A stretch of DNA of 35,398 bases from positions 1 to 35,398 of IMG/VR virus record IMGVR_UViG_3300020045_003268, one strand, 5' to 3'. Positions 1-8,595 of the stretch are shown in pieces. Every line of letters begins with the position of its first letter. Within the stretch, counting starts at the first letter, position 1. A program made the position numbers and the translations under genes. The notes under the pieces were generated by a model. The model did not search any database. It was not told the DNA's origin and saw only the letters and a program-made list of their open reading frames with translations. This DNA comes from a virus. Taxonomy: Duplodnaviria; Caudoviricetes.

Positions 1-24
1 CCTCCCTTTGGTTGTCGTGGTTGG

Positions 25-339
25 TTATTCGCCGAAATAAAACTTCTCGCAATACGTCAGCAATGCTTCGCGCTCGGCCTCGCTTTCGATGAAGAAGAAC
101 GTCCACGGCGTTCCCCAATCTTGATATTCTAGCCGGGGCCTTCCGGGGTTTTTGTACTCGTCCAAATCGCCCACGATTCGAACCGCCGGCCCGCCGGTGC
201 ATAGCAGGATTTCGAATTCCTCGGCCTCCGGTGTCTCGCCGGGCGCATACCATCCACTGCGGACCTGAACGGATAGCGGGTCCTCATGGATGGTCTGCTC
301 GGCGTCCTCGCGCTCCCCGTCCGTCTTCGCGTTCTCTAG
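25..339 (-). pseudogene. 5'-truncated phage hypothetical protein (LENAKTDGEREDAEQTIHEDPLSVQVRSGW...ILLCTGGPAVRIVGDLD...LEYQDWGTPWT...FYFGE*)
   Basis: Hand translation gives an open frame 354->25 with protein-like sequence and a TAA stop, but no ATG/GTG/TTG near the 5' end (in-frame TAG at 355-357). The segment is visibly more GC-rich than the sequence after about 340. An SD-like AAAGGGAGG for a next gene lies at 1-9. Confidence 0.6.
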
Positions 340-378
340 CGGAATTTTTGACCTCTAAAAAATAGTTGAAATAAATCC

Positions 379-407
379 TTGGCAATCTGTGGTATTAATG
401 GTATCAT
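379..407 (+). promoter_or_regulatory. sigma70-type promoter
   Basis: TTGGCA (379-384), 17-nt spacer, TATCAT (402-407) with extended -10 TG. Overlapped by three TGGTAT repeats at 9-nt period (390, 399, 408). Confidence 0.55.
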
Positions 408-455
408 TGGTATCAGATGGATGAAGACAAGGCAAGTTAACCGAAGGGGGAGCAA

Positions 456-578
456 ATGGACGGACTGATCGAAGCTAAGTTTGAATGTAGGAATTGTGGC
501 AACAACAAAAGCCCGCTTAATGAATACTGCTATGTTTGTGAAGCCGAGTATATCGACAGCATCACGGCGAAAGCCTAA
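456..578 (+). CDS. small zinc-ribbon protein (40 aa, MDGLIEAKFECRNCGNNKSPLNEYCYVCEAEY...)
   Basis: Hand-translated; GGGGGAG SD before ATG 456; CxxC-x10-CxxC. Confidence 0.65.
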   Translation: MDGLIEAKFECRNCGNNKSPLNEYCYVCEAEYIDSITAKA

Positions 579-588
579 CCGGGAGGGG

Positions 589-801
589 ATGAAGATGAAG
601 CAGACTATGGTTGTTAGGATTCACGGAGCGCGCTTTGAAGTGGCATCGCCTTTCAAGCATTACGGGCATGTCGTTAAAATTCAAGATGATGATGCTTCTT
701 TTTGGTGTGCCGATTGCTATGATGGTTTCGATGCCAAATGTCTCACGATGCCTTTTAGCGTTCTTAATCCCGGTATTCAGTATGGATTTTCTTCTAAATA
801 A
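589..801 (+). CDS. hypothetical protein
   Basis: In frame with track ORF 481..801; GGAGGGG SD precedes ATG 589/595. Confidence 0.6.
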   Translation: MKMKQTMVVRIHGARFEVASPFKHYGHVVKIQDDDASFWCADCYDGFDAKCLTMPFSVLNPGIQYGFSSK

Positions 802-833
802 CCACGCTCTTAGGATAAAGGAGGAACGCGACC

Positions 834-1262
834 ATGCAGTATCAATTCAATGACGGAGGCAGGGCCGAAGCGGGGTACAAAGGTCTTACCGGGGATTGTG
901 CCGCAAGGTCTATAGCCATCGTTACCGGGATTGGGTATCAGAAGGCGTACGATCTTATCAATGAAGCCGCCCAATCAGAGAAGCGCGGGAAGAAGAAGCG
1001 CGGCATATCAAACGCGAGGACTGGCGTATATAAGGACAATGTTAAGCGCGTCATGCTGTCGCTCGGTTACAAGTGGACGCCTACGATGTTGATCGGGCAA
1101 GGTTGCAAGGTGCATTTGAGGGCAGAGGAATTGCCGCAAGGCCGCTTACTCGTCAACGTCTCGAAGCACTACACAGCGGTTATCGATGGAGTGATTCACG
1201 ATACCCACGACCCGCAAAGAGACGGAACGCGCTGTGTTTATGGGTACTACTCTAAAAACTAG
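834..1262 (+). CDS. conserved phage protein, possible papain-like (Cys-His-Asp) fold
   Basis: AAGGAGG SD; motifs GDCAARSIA...KHYTAVIDGVIHDTHD typical of a widespread phage family. The catalytic triad is inferred. Confidence 0.7.
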   Translation: MQYQFNDGGRAEAGYKGLTGDCAARSIAIVTGIGYQKAYDLINEAAQSEKRGKKKRGISNARTGVYKDNVKRVMLSLGYKWTPTMLIGQGCKVHLRAEELPQGRLLVNVSKHYTAVIDGVIHDTHDPQRDGTRCVYGYYSKN

Positions 1263-1459
1263 ATTATTAGAGGCGATTTAAGGCCCCTTAAATTATACGA
1301 GGCTATGGTAGTAAGGGTATAATATGCCGTATAATATGACAATTCCGCATAAAGAACTTTATTTAAATACTATTGGACAAACCCCAACCTTGTTGGCGTA
1401 GAATTTACTCAATGGGCTTTTCCGCAACGCTTTTGATAATAAGGATTTAAAATTTATTA

Positions 1460-1795
1460 ATGGCTGGCAGAAAAGGTTATGCTGATGAAATTCGGACGAA
1501 AGCCATCATTGATTTATCTGTCGCCGTTATCAAACGTGCTTTGCAAGATGAAGAATTACCTCTTCAATTCCGTGCTGAAATCGCATCACGTTTCGCTCTT
1601 AAAATCATCCCTTCCGCAGACAATGCACCGATTCAGGTTTACGCTTTAAGTGTCCAGCATCAACTTAGCGAACTTGACACCCGAGACATTAAACGCATTA
1701 TCGACATTGGCAGAGAAGGAACTTTATCGCAGAGAGCCGCTGGAGCTAGTGAAGTCCGGCAAGTTGAAAATCAGAACGAAGTCGGGGCAGATTGA
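1460..1795 (+). CDS. terS: putative terminase small subunit
   Basis: Immediately upstream of and overlapping TerL; size 111 aa and MAGRKG start are typical. Assignment is by synteny. Confidence 0.55.
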   Translation: MAGRKGYADEIRTKAIIDLSVAVIKRALQDEELPLQFRAEIASRFALKIIPSADNAPIQVYALSVQHQLSELDTRDIKRIIDIGREGTLSQRAAGASEVRQVENQNEVGAD

Positions 1796-3320
1796 AAGTT
1801 TCATTCCGAACTTCGCACAAAAAATTGTCATTGAGAAAATCGAGCAACGCATCAATGAGAAAAAGCCCGTGCGGATTCGCTTACTCAAAGCTCGACAGCT
1901 CGGATTCTCTACACTCTTTGAGGCCATCATCTACGCTTTCACGTCACGCCGCGAAGGTTTCCATTCGCTCGTCATCGCACACGATGAGGACGGAAGCAAG
2001 GGGCTCTTCGAGATGAACAAACTCTATCACGAGACGCTAGACCCGATGTTTAAGCCGAACCTCCGCAAGTCAAACGAGATTGCATTGGAGTTTGATGGCC
2101 TCAAGTCCCGCATTGACATTGACACCTCGCGCAACAAGTCCGCTGGTCGTTCGCATACATACCAGATGGTACACAAGTCGGAGTCAGCCTACTTCCACTT
2201 TCCCAAAGAGGTGAACTTGGGCATAGCCAACACCGTGCCAGACCTTCCAGGTACAATGATATTTGACGAGACTACAGCTAACGGCATGAATTACTACTAC
2301 GATGACGTGCTTCGCTCGGTGCGTGGCGAGGATGGCTTTGACTTCATCTTCATCCCCTGGGCGATGAACCCAGAGTACAAGCTAACCTCACCGCCCAGCA
2401 TGACGCTTGACGCCGAGGAGCGAGAGGTCATCCGCACGGCGAAGGAAAAGCACGGCATCGACATCACAAACGAGCAACTGTCATGGAGACGCTACGCCAT
2501 TCTGCACAAGTGCGGAGGCGACATCAACCTTTTCAAGCAAGAGTATCCGTTGACGTATGAGGAGGCCTTCATCTTCTCCGGTCGCCCTCGCTTCGACATC
2601 AATATCCTTCGACAGCTTCGCTCGGCGGCGAGCAATCCCATAGCGATGGAGGACAAGCTGGCTATCTACGAAGCCCCCGAACCCTATAGCAAATATGTCC
2701 TCGGCGTAGACACAAGCGAGGGTCTAGAGAACGGCGATAACTCAAGCGTCAGCATTCTAAACGCCCGCACGTTTTCACTCGCCGCGAAGTACTCTGGCAA
2801 GATGGCCCCCGATGTTCTCGCTACCTATATAAAGCTCTGGGCCGAGAGATACAACGAAGCATTGGCCGTTGTGGAGTCCAACAATCATGGCCTCGTAACA
2901 CTCAACTACTTGAAGGAAATCTATCCCCGCGTCTACTACCGCAAGGTGTATGACAAGGTGGCCGATGTGTGGACAGAGAAGATAGGCTGGCAGACCTCCG
3001 CTAGGACTAAGCCTCTCCTCATCTCCGCCCTCGACAAAGCCCTCCGCTCCGGCCTTGCCGTCAAAGACCACCAAACCATCGATGAGCTGATGACCTACAT
3101 CATCGAGGAGGATGGGGCGACCAATGCCAGCGAGGGCAAGAAGGATGATGACGTCATATCGCTTGCCCTTGCGGTGCAGGGGTACAATGAGACAGCGGAG
3201 CCAGAGATAGACTTGTCCGCCCAGTTTAAGAAGGAGTCGATTGTCGATAGGCTTATTGCCGAGAATCAGGCATCCTTAAACCCGACACACCAGTACACCG
3301 GAAACATTCATAGACGATGA
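1650..3320 (+). CDS. terL: terminase large subunit
   Basis: Walker A-like LKARQLGFS, Walker B-like MVHKSE, coupling motif ETTANG, RuvC-type nuclease residues LGVDTSEG and KDDDVISLA. Confidence 0.95.
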   Translation: MSSINLANLTPETLNALSTLAEKELYRREPLELVKSGKLKIRTKSGQIESFIPNFAQKIVIEKIEQRINEKKPVRIRLLKARQLGFSTLFEAIIYAFTSRREGFHSLVIAHDEDGSKGLFEMNKLYHETLDPMFKPNLRKSNEIALEFDGLKSRIDIDTSRNKSAGRSHTYQMVHKSESAYFHFPKEVNLGIANTVPDLPGTMIFDETTANGMNYYYDDVLRSVRGEDGFDFIFIPWAMNPEYKLTSPPSMTLDAEEREVIRTAKEKHGIDITNEQLSWRRYAILHKCGGDINLFKQEYPLTYEEAFIFSGRPRFDINILRQLRSAASNPIAMEDKLAIYEAPEPYSKYVLGVDTSEGLENGDNSSVSILNARTFSLAAKYSGKMAPDVLATYIKLWAERYNEALAVVESNNHGLVTLNYLKEIYPRVYYRKVYDKVADVWTEKIGWQTSARTKPLLISALDKALRSGLAVKDHQTIDELMTYIIEEDGATNASEGKKDDDVISLALAVQGYNETAEPEIDLSAQFKKESIVDRLIAENQASLNPTHQYTGNIHRR

Positions 3321-5218
3321 CAAAGAATCTGCCAATTCCCGTACAGCCGATTGAGATGTCGAAGGATGAGTTGACGTATTGGAAGGGTGAAATCAAGTCT
3401 AGCTTGCAACGCCAGAAGCGGGAATTCATTGACCGCGTGGGCTATGCCGAGCTTGTGCGATACTTCGAGGCCATGCAGTTTGAGGGCAACACTACACAGC
3501 TTGCAATCGTTGACAACTTCTCGCCCGCCCTGCTGTCCGTCATTACAAGCGTCTACTACCAGAACCCAACTGTACAGGTAGAGGCCGCGAATCCAGACGC
3601 CGATAAGCCAATCAAGCCGAGCCTTATATACCTTCTTCAGCATCCAGACTTCCGCCCATTTACCCTCGTTGAATTGATGAAGGGTGCCTTACCCTACGCC
3701 ATGACGAAAGCGGGTATGAAGGAGGAGATGCAGGTGTCGTGCTTTGACCTCCTTCTCGCCGGATACTGCGGGATTGAGGTAAACCACACGACGCAGGATG
3801 AGCAGATGCCACAGGAAGACGCACCCGATGATATTGTCGATGGAATCATGGGGAATCTTAAGAACATGGTCGGTGGCGTGATGGATAAGCTTACTGGCAA
3901 GGGCGATAAGGATGAGGTCGAGGAGGAAGTAGTCGAGGGAACGCAGAAGGATATACGGACTGATTCAAGCGGGCAGACCTATGTGAAGCGATTCAATCCC
4001 CTCGATATTCTCTTTGACCCCAGGGCCGAGGTATTCAATGAGTCAAGGTGGGTGGGCAAGCGTATCAGAATGACGTTGGCCGAATTCAACGCCAAGTATC
4101 CCAAGTTTAAGGGCAAGGTGAACGCCTCAAGCTACGAAACTACGAGCCTTGAGTATGCGAGCCACAATAGCGAGGAGAATCGCAAGGGTGTTGTCCTCTA
4201 CGAACTTGAGATAAAGAAGAGGGGGCCGAGGAATTGTGTGTTGGTCGTTAATAACGCCCTTGATGAGCCCGTCGATTACTACGAGCGGACTGTCGTTACC
4301 AACAAGTTTTCCTTGAAGTATGGATGCGTTGATAAGTATGGGAAGATTTATCCCATGAGCCGAGCGAGGAAGGCGAAGAGGCCACAGGATGACATTAACC
4401 ACTACATGACGATTCAGTTTGAGCATTTGGACAGGTCGCAGAGGAAGATTGCGGTGTACATGAATGGGCTGACTGAATCTGGCAAGGCCGCCCAAAGAAG
4501 CTCGGACACCTTTGCGATTGTGGAGAAGAATACGCCACAGGCTATTTATGAGCCTATGCCAGCACCGCAGGTGTTGCCGGAGAATCGAGAGGTCATTGGC
4601 GTGATGAGTGATGCACTCAACAAAGCGATTGGAACGACACAGTTGGCTCAGGGTGGGAAGTCGCAGAATGACACACTTGGTCAAGATATGCTTGATAACA
4701 ATGCGTTCCAGGTCAATGTCAATAGTGTGCAGGATGCGCTTCAGGATGTGGCCGACCAAGTGGTTGATGGCTTGAAGGACTTGATTCAGCAGACTTGGGA
4801 TGGGGAGGATTACTTCAAGGTTACGGGCATCGTTGGCGGTGATGCTTGGTATGAGCCATCTATGGGGCCGTTGGCAGATGTTGTGCTTGGCGATTACTCG
4901 ACCCGTTGCAATATTGCGTCCTCAATGCGTCCGAACCCCATGAAGGATAGGAAAGATTTGATGGAGGTTACGCAATTCGTAACGAGTCCGCTTATCGTGC
5001 AATTTGCCCAGCTTCACGGGAAGCGTCCCAGCATGGAGCCGTTGAATAACCTCATCAAGCAATTTAATATGAACCCAGAGATGGTATTTGAAGATTTGCA
5101 ACCTGTGGGAGTGCCCGTCCCTCCAAACACCGAAACCTCCCAAATAGAGGGCTCCCCCACCAACCCACAGGTTGCTCCAATACCAGTTCCACAGGAGGCA
5201 GAGCGTGTTCAGGTATGA
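3317..5218 (+). CDS. portal protein (podovirus/P22-like size)
   Basis: 633 aa directly after TerL with ATGA overlap; FNPLDILFDPRA motif; Pro/Gln-rich C-terminal tail. Confidence 0.8.
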   Translation: MTKNLPIPVQPIEMSKDELTYWKGEIKSSLQRQKREFIDRVGYAELVRYFEAMQFEGNTTQLAIVDNFSPALLSVITSVYYQNPTVQVEAANPDADKPIKPSLIYLLQHPDFRPFTLVELMKGALPYAMTKAGMKEEMQVSCFDLLLAGYCGIEVNHTTQDEQMPQEDAPDDIVDGIMGNLKNMVGGVMDKLTGKGDKDEVEEEVVEGTQKDIRTDSSGQTYVKRFNPLDILFDPRAEVFNESRWVGKRIRMTLAEFNAKYPKFKGKVNASSYETTSLEYASHNSEENRKGVVLYELEIKKRGPRNCVLVVNNALDEPVDYYERTVVTNKFSLKYGCVDKYGKIYPMSRARKAKRPQDDINHYMTIQFEHLDRSQRKIAVYMNGLTESGKAAQRSSDTFAIVEKNTPQAIYEPMPAPQVLPENREVIGVMSDALNKAIGTTQLAQGGKSQNDTLGQDMLDNNAFQVNVNSVQDALQDVADQVVDGLKDLIQQTWDGEDYFKVTGIVGGDAWYEPSMGPLADVVLGDYSTRCNIASSMRPNPMKDRKDLMEVTQFVTSPLIVQFAQLHGKRPSMEPLNNLIKQFNMNPEMVFEDLQPVGVPVPPNTETSQIEGSPTNPQVAPIPVPQEAERVQV

Positions 5219-5525
5219 GTTTAGTTGCCAAAAATGCGACAAGGTGCATGAAGTCATGCGACACCATTCACAATCGGGAGAGCCGTACAAGTGCGGTGAT
5301 TGTGGAGCTATTGCAGAGAGGCTATATACCTGTACAGAAATTAAAGAATTCCCTTCTTATTACACGCTCCAGGGCCAGAGAATTGGAACGGCCAAGCAGG
5401 ACGCAAGATACCTTCGCAAGAACGGAAGGGTCGATACACGCGATACAGCGGGGTGGAGGGATATCAAGCAGATGGCAAAGGATGGGCAACGACGGACACG
5501 CTTGGCACAAAAGGGGCATTATTGA
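5205..5525 (+). CDS. FmdB-family zinc-ribbon protein
   Basis: AGGAGG SD (5193-5198) before GTG 5205; MFRYEFSCQKCDK...KCGDCG...ERL pattern; usual position after the portal. Confidence 0.8.
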   Translation: MFRYEFSCQKCDKVHEVMRHHSQSGEPYKCGDCGAIAERLYTCTEIKEFPSYYTLQGQRIGTAKQDARYLRKNGRVDTRDTAGWRDIKQMAKDGQRRTRLAQKGHY

Positions 5526-5752
5526 TGGAAAGTAACGAGAAGAATGAGCAGGGTCAGCCCGATGAAGTCGTGATGATTTCGATTGTGATGAAGAAGGATG
5601 GGTCGCTTAAGATTGGCGGGCTTGCCTTGAATGACCGCTCCCTATCCTATGGCCTCTTGGAAACCGCCAAAGACATGGTGCGTGAGATTCACCAACCCAA
5701 GATTGTAAAGCCCAATGGCGGTATCATGGGATTTGTTAGGAATGGACATTAA
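5525..5752 (+). CDS. hypothetical protein (MESNEKNEQ...)
   Basis: TGATG overlap with the FmdB-like gene; in frame with track ORF 5453..5752. Confidence 0.7.
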   Translation: MESNEKNEQGQPDEVVMISIVMKKDGSLKIGGLALNDRSLSYGLLETAKDMVREIHQPKIVKPNGGIMGFVRNGH

Positions 5753-5817
5753 AAAGTTTAGAGCAATACGTTCTAAAGCCTGGTCAGCACCGACCCTAAA
5801 GGTAAAGAGGTGAAATA

Positions 5818-6690
5818 ATGGAAAACGAGCCGAACAAGGAAGCCGTACTTAGTGTCGATGAGATATTCGACAAGGTTACGGCGGGGGAACAGCCGAAGGA
5901 AAGCTCTCCTTCAACTGAACAAGTAGAAACTCCGAAGGAAGACGGGAGCGACCCGGCAAAAACGCCAAGCACCGAGGAGACTACTGATAAAGGATTTGCC
6001 TCTCATCCGGCGTGGATTGAGAGAGAGCAGAAATACAAAGAAGCTAGGGAAGCCCTAAAAGCCGAACAAGACAAGGCCCAAAAGCTTTCCCGGCTTCTTG
6101 ACGACTACAAGGCGAAGGCAGAGCCTAAGGCATCACCGCAGGCTCAGTCTATTGCCGAGAAAGTATGCTCGAAACTCGGTTGGGATATAACACGGCTTAA
6201 TCAGGAGCAGAAGGAATACATTAACGACCAGGTAAACCTTACCCAGGCTATCTTGGAAGAACGTGTAGGCTCCATGCTTGATGAAAGATTGAAGCCGATG
6301 GAAGAAATGTCCCAAGAGTACCAGATGCAACGTCAGTTTCAGAAAGAGGACATTCAGGTCAGGGAGCTTGCCAAAGATGAGTTCCCTGGAGTTGATTTCG
6401 ACAAGGTTGTTAAGCCCGCGATTTCAAAGTACATCGCAGACCTTGACCAAAAAGACCCTGAGCGTACCATCAAACTGAGCTACGAGGACATCTACTATCG
6501 AGCAACTAGAAGCCTTTTGAGAGAAGTAACTGAATCTAAAGGTCGTCAAGAAGTTCGGGATGGAAACAAGGCCAATTTACGTCCTCTTGGGAAAGGCCCG
6601 GCGACTGGAGTCTCACCGACACCAGCAAAGCCGATGAAGCCCCATGAGTTCGTTGAATCCGTCTTTGATAAGGTTACGGGGAATCGCTAG
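5818..6690 (+). CDS. capsid scaffolding protein
   Basis: Acidic disordered N-terminus and helical coiled-coil; lies between portal region and major capsid; GAGGTG SD. Confidence 0.75.
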   Translation: MENEPNKEAVLSVDEIFDKVTAGEQPKESSPSTEQVETPKEDGSDPAKTPSTEETTDKGFASHPAWIEREQKYKEAREALKAEQDKAQKLSRLLDDYKAKAEPKASPQAQSIAEKVCSKLGWDITRLNQEQKEYINDQVNLTQAILEERVGSMLDERLKPMEEMSQEYQMQRQFQKEDIQVRELAKDEFPGVDFDKVVKPAISKYIADLDQKDPERTIKLSYEDIYYRATRSLLREVTESKGRQEVRDGNKANLRPLGKGPATGVSPTPAKPMKPHEFVESVFDKVTGNR

Positions 6691-6710
6691 CACTAAAACT
6701 AAGGTAAATT

Positions 6711-7742
6711 ATGGCTACGCAGAATATCGCAATCCCGACTGGTGATGGGGCGAGTCTCTTAGCGACGATAGCAACGCATTGTTTCGAGAATTGGAACAAG
6801 GAAATGGGCGATGCTATTATCAATAAGAACTTCGTTCTTGCCTATCTCAAGTCGAAAGCGGAGCGTGAGGAGTTCGGCGGTCTTGATTTTGCCGAGCCTA
6901 TTATGTACTCGTCGAATACCAACTTCGGGTTTCGTAATAAGTTCGCAATTATCGACTCTAACTACCAGACCCCGACCCAGGCGTTTCGTTTTGACCCCGT
7001 TGTGCTTAACGGCGTTACGGTTATCAACAAGGTGCATGAGCTTCAGAATCAAGGCAAAGCGGAAATCACGAACTTTGTTACGACTCTGCGGAAACAGGCC
7101 GAATCTACGGTGCGAAACCTTATCAACAACGCTACTTGGGCCGCAAGCCCGACGGCGAACGTTGAGCCGGAATCCCTCCGTACCATCGTCTCTGCAACCC
7201 CGACTACCGGAACCATCGGTGGTGTTGACCGTGCGACCTATACATGGGCTCGGAACAAAATCAACTCGTCCACCATCTCGTCCATTGGCTCTGCCGCTGG
7301 TGTTGGTGCCCTTACGACTTTCTGGGCTCAACTCGGTGGTGAAGCCAATGACACGCCGGATTTCGCGGTAACGACTGCCACTCTTTACGGCAATCTCGTC
7401 GGCTACCTCGTTAATCTCCGTCGCCTTACGTCGTCCGAAAACATGGCTAAGATTGGCCTCAAAACCATTGAGGTTCTTCCTGGTTGTGAACTCGGCTTCG
7501 ATGGCGATGCTGGCTCGGCTTCCGGTGGTGATACGTCTTTGTCGGGTTGCCCTGCAAACCAGTTCTACTTCCTCAACTCCAAGCACCTGTTCTACAAGGT
7601 CTTGAAGGGTGGAAATATGAAGTGGGAAGGGTTCTCCAAGAAAGACAATAGCATGAATGATACGGCTATTTTCTACCACGTTTACAACATGACTACTAAC
7701 CTTCCGTCGGCTAATGGCTTGTTTACCGCCATTACCGGCTAA
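6711..7742 (+). CDS. major capsid protein
   Basis: 343 aa after the scaffold; motifs IGGVDRATYTWARN and FYFLNSKHL typical of podoviral HK97-fold capsids; strong codon bias. Confidence 0.9.
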   Translation: MATQNIAIPTGDGASLLATIATHCFENWNKEMGDAIINKNFVLAYLKSKAEREEFGGLDFAEPIMYSSNTNFGFRNKFAIIDSNYQTPTQAFRFDPVVLNGVTVINKVHELQNQGKAEITNFVTTLRKQAESTVRNLINNATWAASPTANVEPESLRTIVSATPTTGTIGGVDRATYTWARNKINSSTISSIGSAAGVGALTTFWAQLGGEANDTPDFAVTTATLYGNLVGYLVNLRRLTSSENMAKIGLKTIEVLPGCELGFDGDAGSASGGDTSLSGCPANQFYFLNSKHLFYKVLKGGNMKWEGFSKKDNSMNDTAIFYHVYNMTTNLPSANGLFTAITG

Positions 7743-7761
7743 TCTGAAAGGAGATATGAAC

Positions 7762-8325
7762 ATGAAGAAATTCTTCTCGCTCATGACCCTTTCGGTTCTT
7801 CTCGTTAGCGGTCATGCGTTTGCTTATGAAGATGATGGTAATGCCAATTCTAAGCGTAGCATTGATGGTGCGCCCGCTTGGGTTGGTTATCGTGAATACC
7901 AGTTGGTGCGTTATCCGAACAATGCTGACCTCGGCACGAACACTCCCCTTACTGCGGGCGATGTCGTGATGTGGGATTGCGTTTCGGATGATGGTGTTAC
8001 CGTGAACTTGGTTGGTGCTCTCCATTCATCGGATTCTGTTGCTGGCGTGGTTGTTTCTCAGACCATCCCTTCTTGCGAAACCGTTGGAACGACTGCACAG
8101 ACCGATTATGGCCGCCGGAACTGGGGCTATATTCAGGTTCGTGGTATCTGTACCTATGTAAACATGGTTGGCGGTGGTGTTGCGATAGTTGGTCAGACTA
8201 TTAAAGCGTCTGATACGGCTCGTAATGCTGATGCTACCGTTAATACCGGAACCGGAACCGTTCGCCGTATCCTTGGCTTTGCCTATGATACTGGTAACGA
8301 CCCCGACGTCTGGATTGACCTGTAA
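7762..8325 (+). CDS. putative capsid decoration/cement protein with N-terminal Sec signal peptide
   Basis: AAGGAG SD 8 nt before ATG 7762; MKKFFSLMTLSVLLVSGHAFA|YED; follows the MCP; Gly/Val-rich beta motifs (AGDVVMW, VAGVVV, WGYIQVRG) resemble decoration proteins. Confidence 0.65.
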   Translation: MKKFFSLMTLSVLLVSGHAFAYEDDGNANSKRSIDGAPAWVGYREYQLVRYPNNADLGTNTPLTAGDVVMWDCVSDDGVTVNLVGALHSSDSVAGVVVSQTIPSCETVGTTAQTDYGRRNWGYIQVRGICTYVNMVGGGVAIVGQTIKASDTARNADATVNTGTGTVRRILGFAYDTGNDPDVWIDL

Positions 8326-8595
8326 ATGAATAAGGTGGTGGTAGGGGTCATGGGCCTCCTTTTGGCCTCTACCACCATCGTTTTTGCGGATGGGGTCGTT
8401 ATACCAGGCTCCATTAAGGTTGAAGCGTTCAAGCGTGAGATGAGTGAGAGGGGTATGGACTTATCGGGGGGTGATGACGCCGATGGGGTGATTGAAAATT
8501 ACGGGACTAAGATTAAAGTGATTACCTATAAGCCCGTTACGTTGGAGCAGATGGAATTGATGAGAGAAGTGGCGATTAAGACGGTGAGGGAATAA
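8326..8595 (+). CDS. small protein with predicted signal peptide
   Basis: TAA-ATG abutting the upstream gene; MNKVVVGVMGLLLASTTIVFA|DG. Confidence 0.65.
   Translation: MNKVVVGVMGLLLASTTIVFADGVVIPGSIKVEAFKREMSERGMDLSGGDDADGVIENYGTKIKVITYKPVTLEQMELMREVAIKTVRE
8334..8385 (+). terminator. intrinsic terminator/attenuator-like hairpin
   Basis: 17-bp stem (8334-8350 with 8363-8379, three G-U pairs), 12-nt loop, then GTTTTT. Confidence 0.55.

Noticed and set aside
481-853. Track ORFs 481..801 (long start) and 611..853
   Set aside because: Better explained by SD-supported genes 456-578 and 589-801.
1317-1340. GTATAATATG direct repeat upstream of terS
   Set aside because: Two -10-like boxes with no matching -35 at proper spacing; too short in an AT-rich tract to support a call.
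4127-4759. 210-aa antisense ORF in the portal gene (and similar ones at 10559-11470)
   Set aside because: Shadow ORFs of strongly biased sense genes.
5215-5535. Alternative-frame ORF overlapping the portal stop
   Set aside because: The 5205 frame has the FmdB CxxC motifs and an AGGAGG SD; this frame has no motif.
6759-7784. 341-aa antisense ORF spanning the major capsid gene
   Set aside because: It is in codon register with the MCP. Avoidance of TTA/CTA/TCA codons in a highly expressed gene removes antisense stops, and the product has no recognisable motif.
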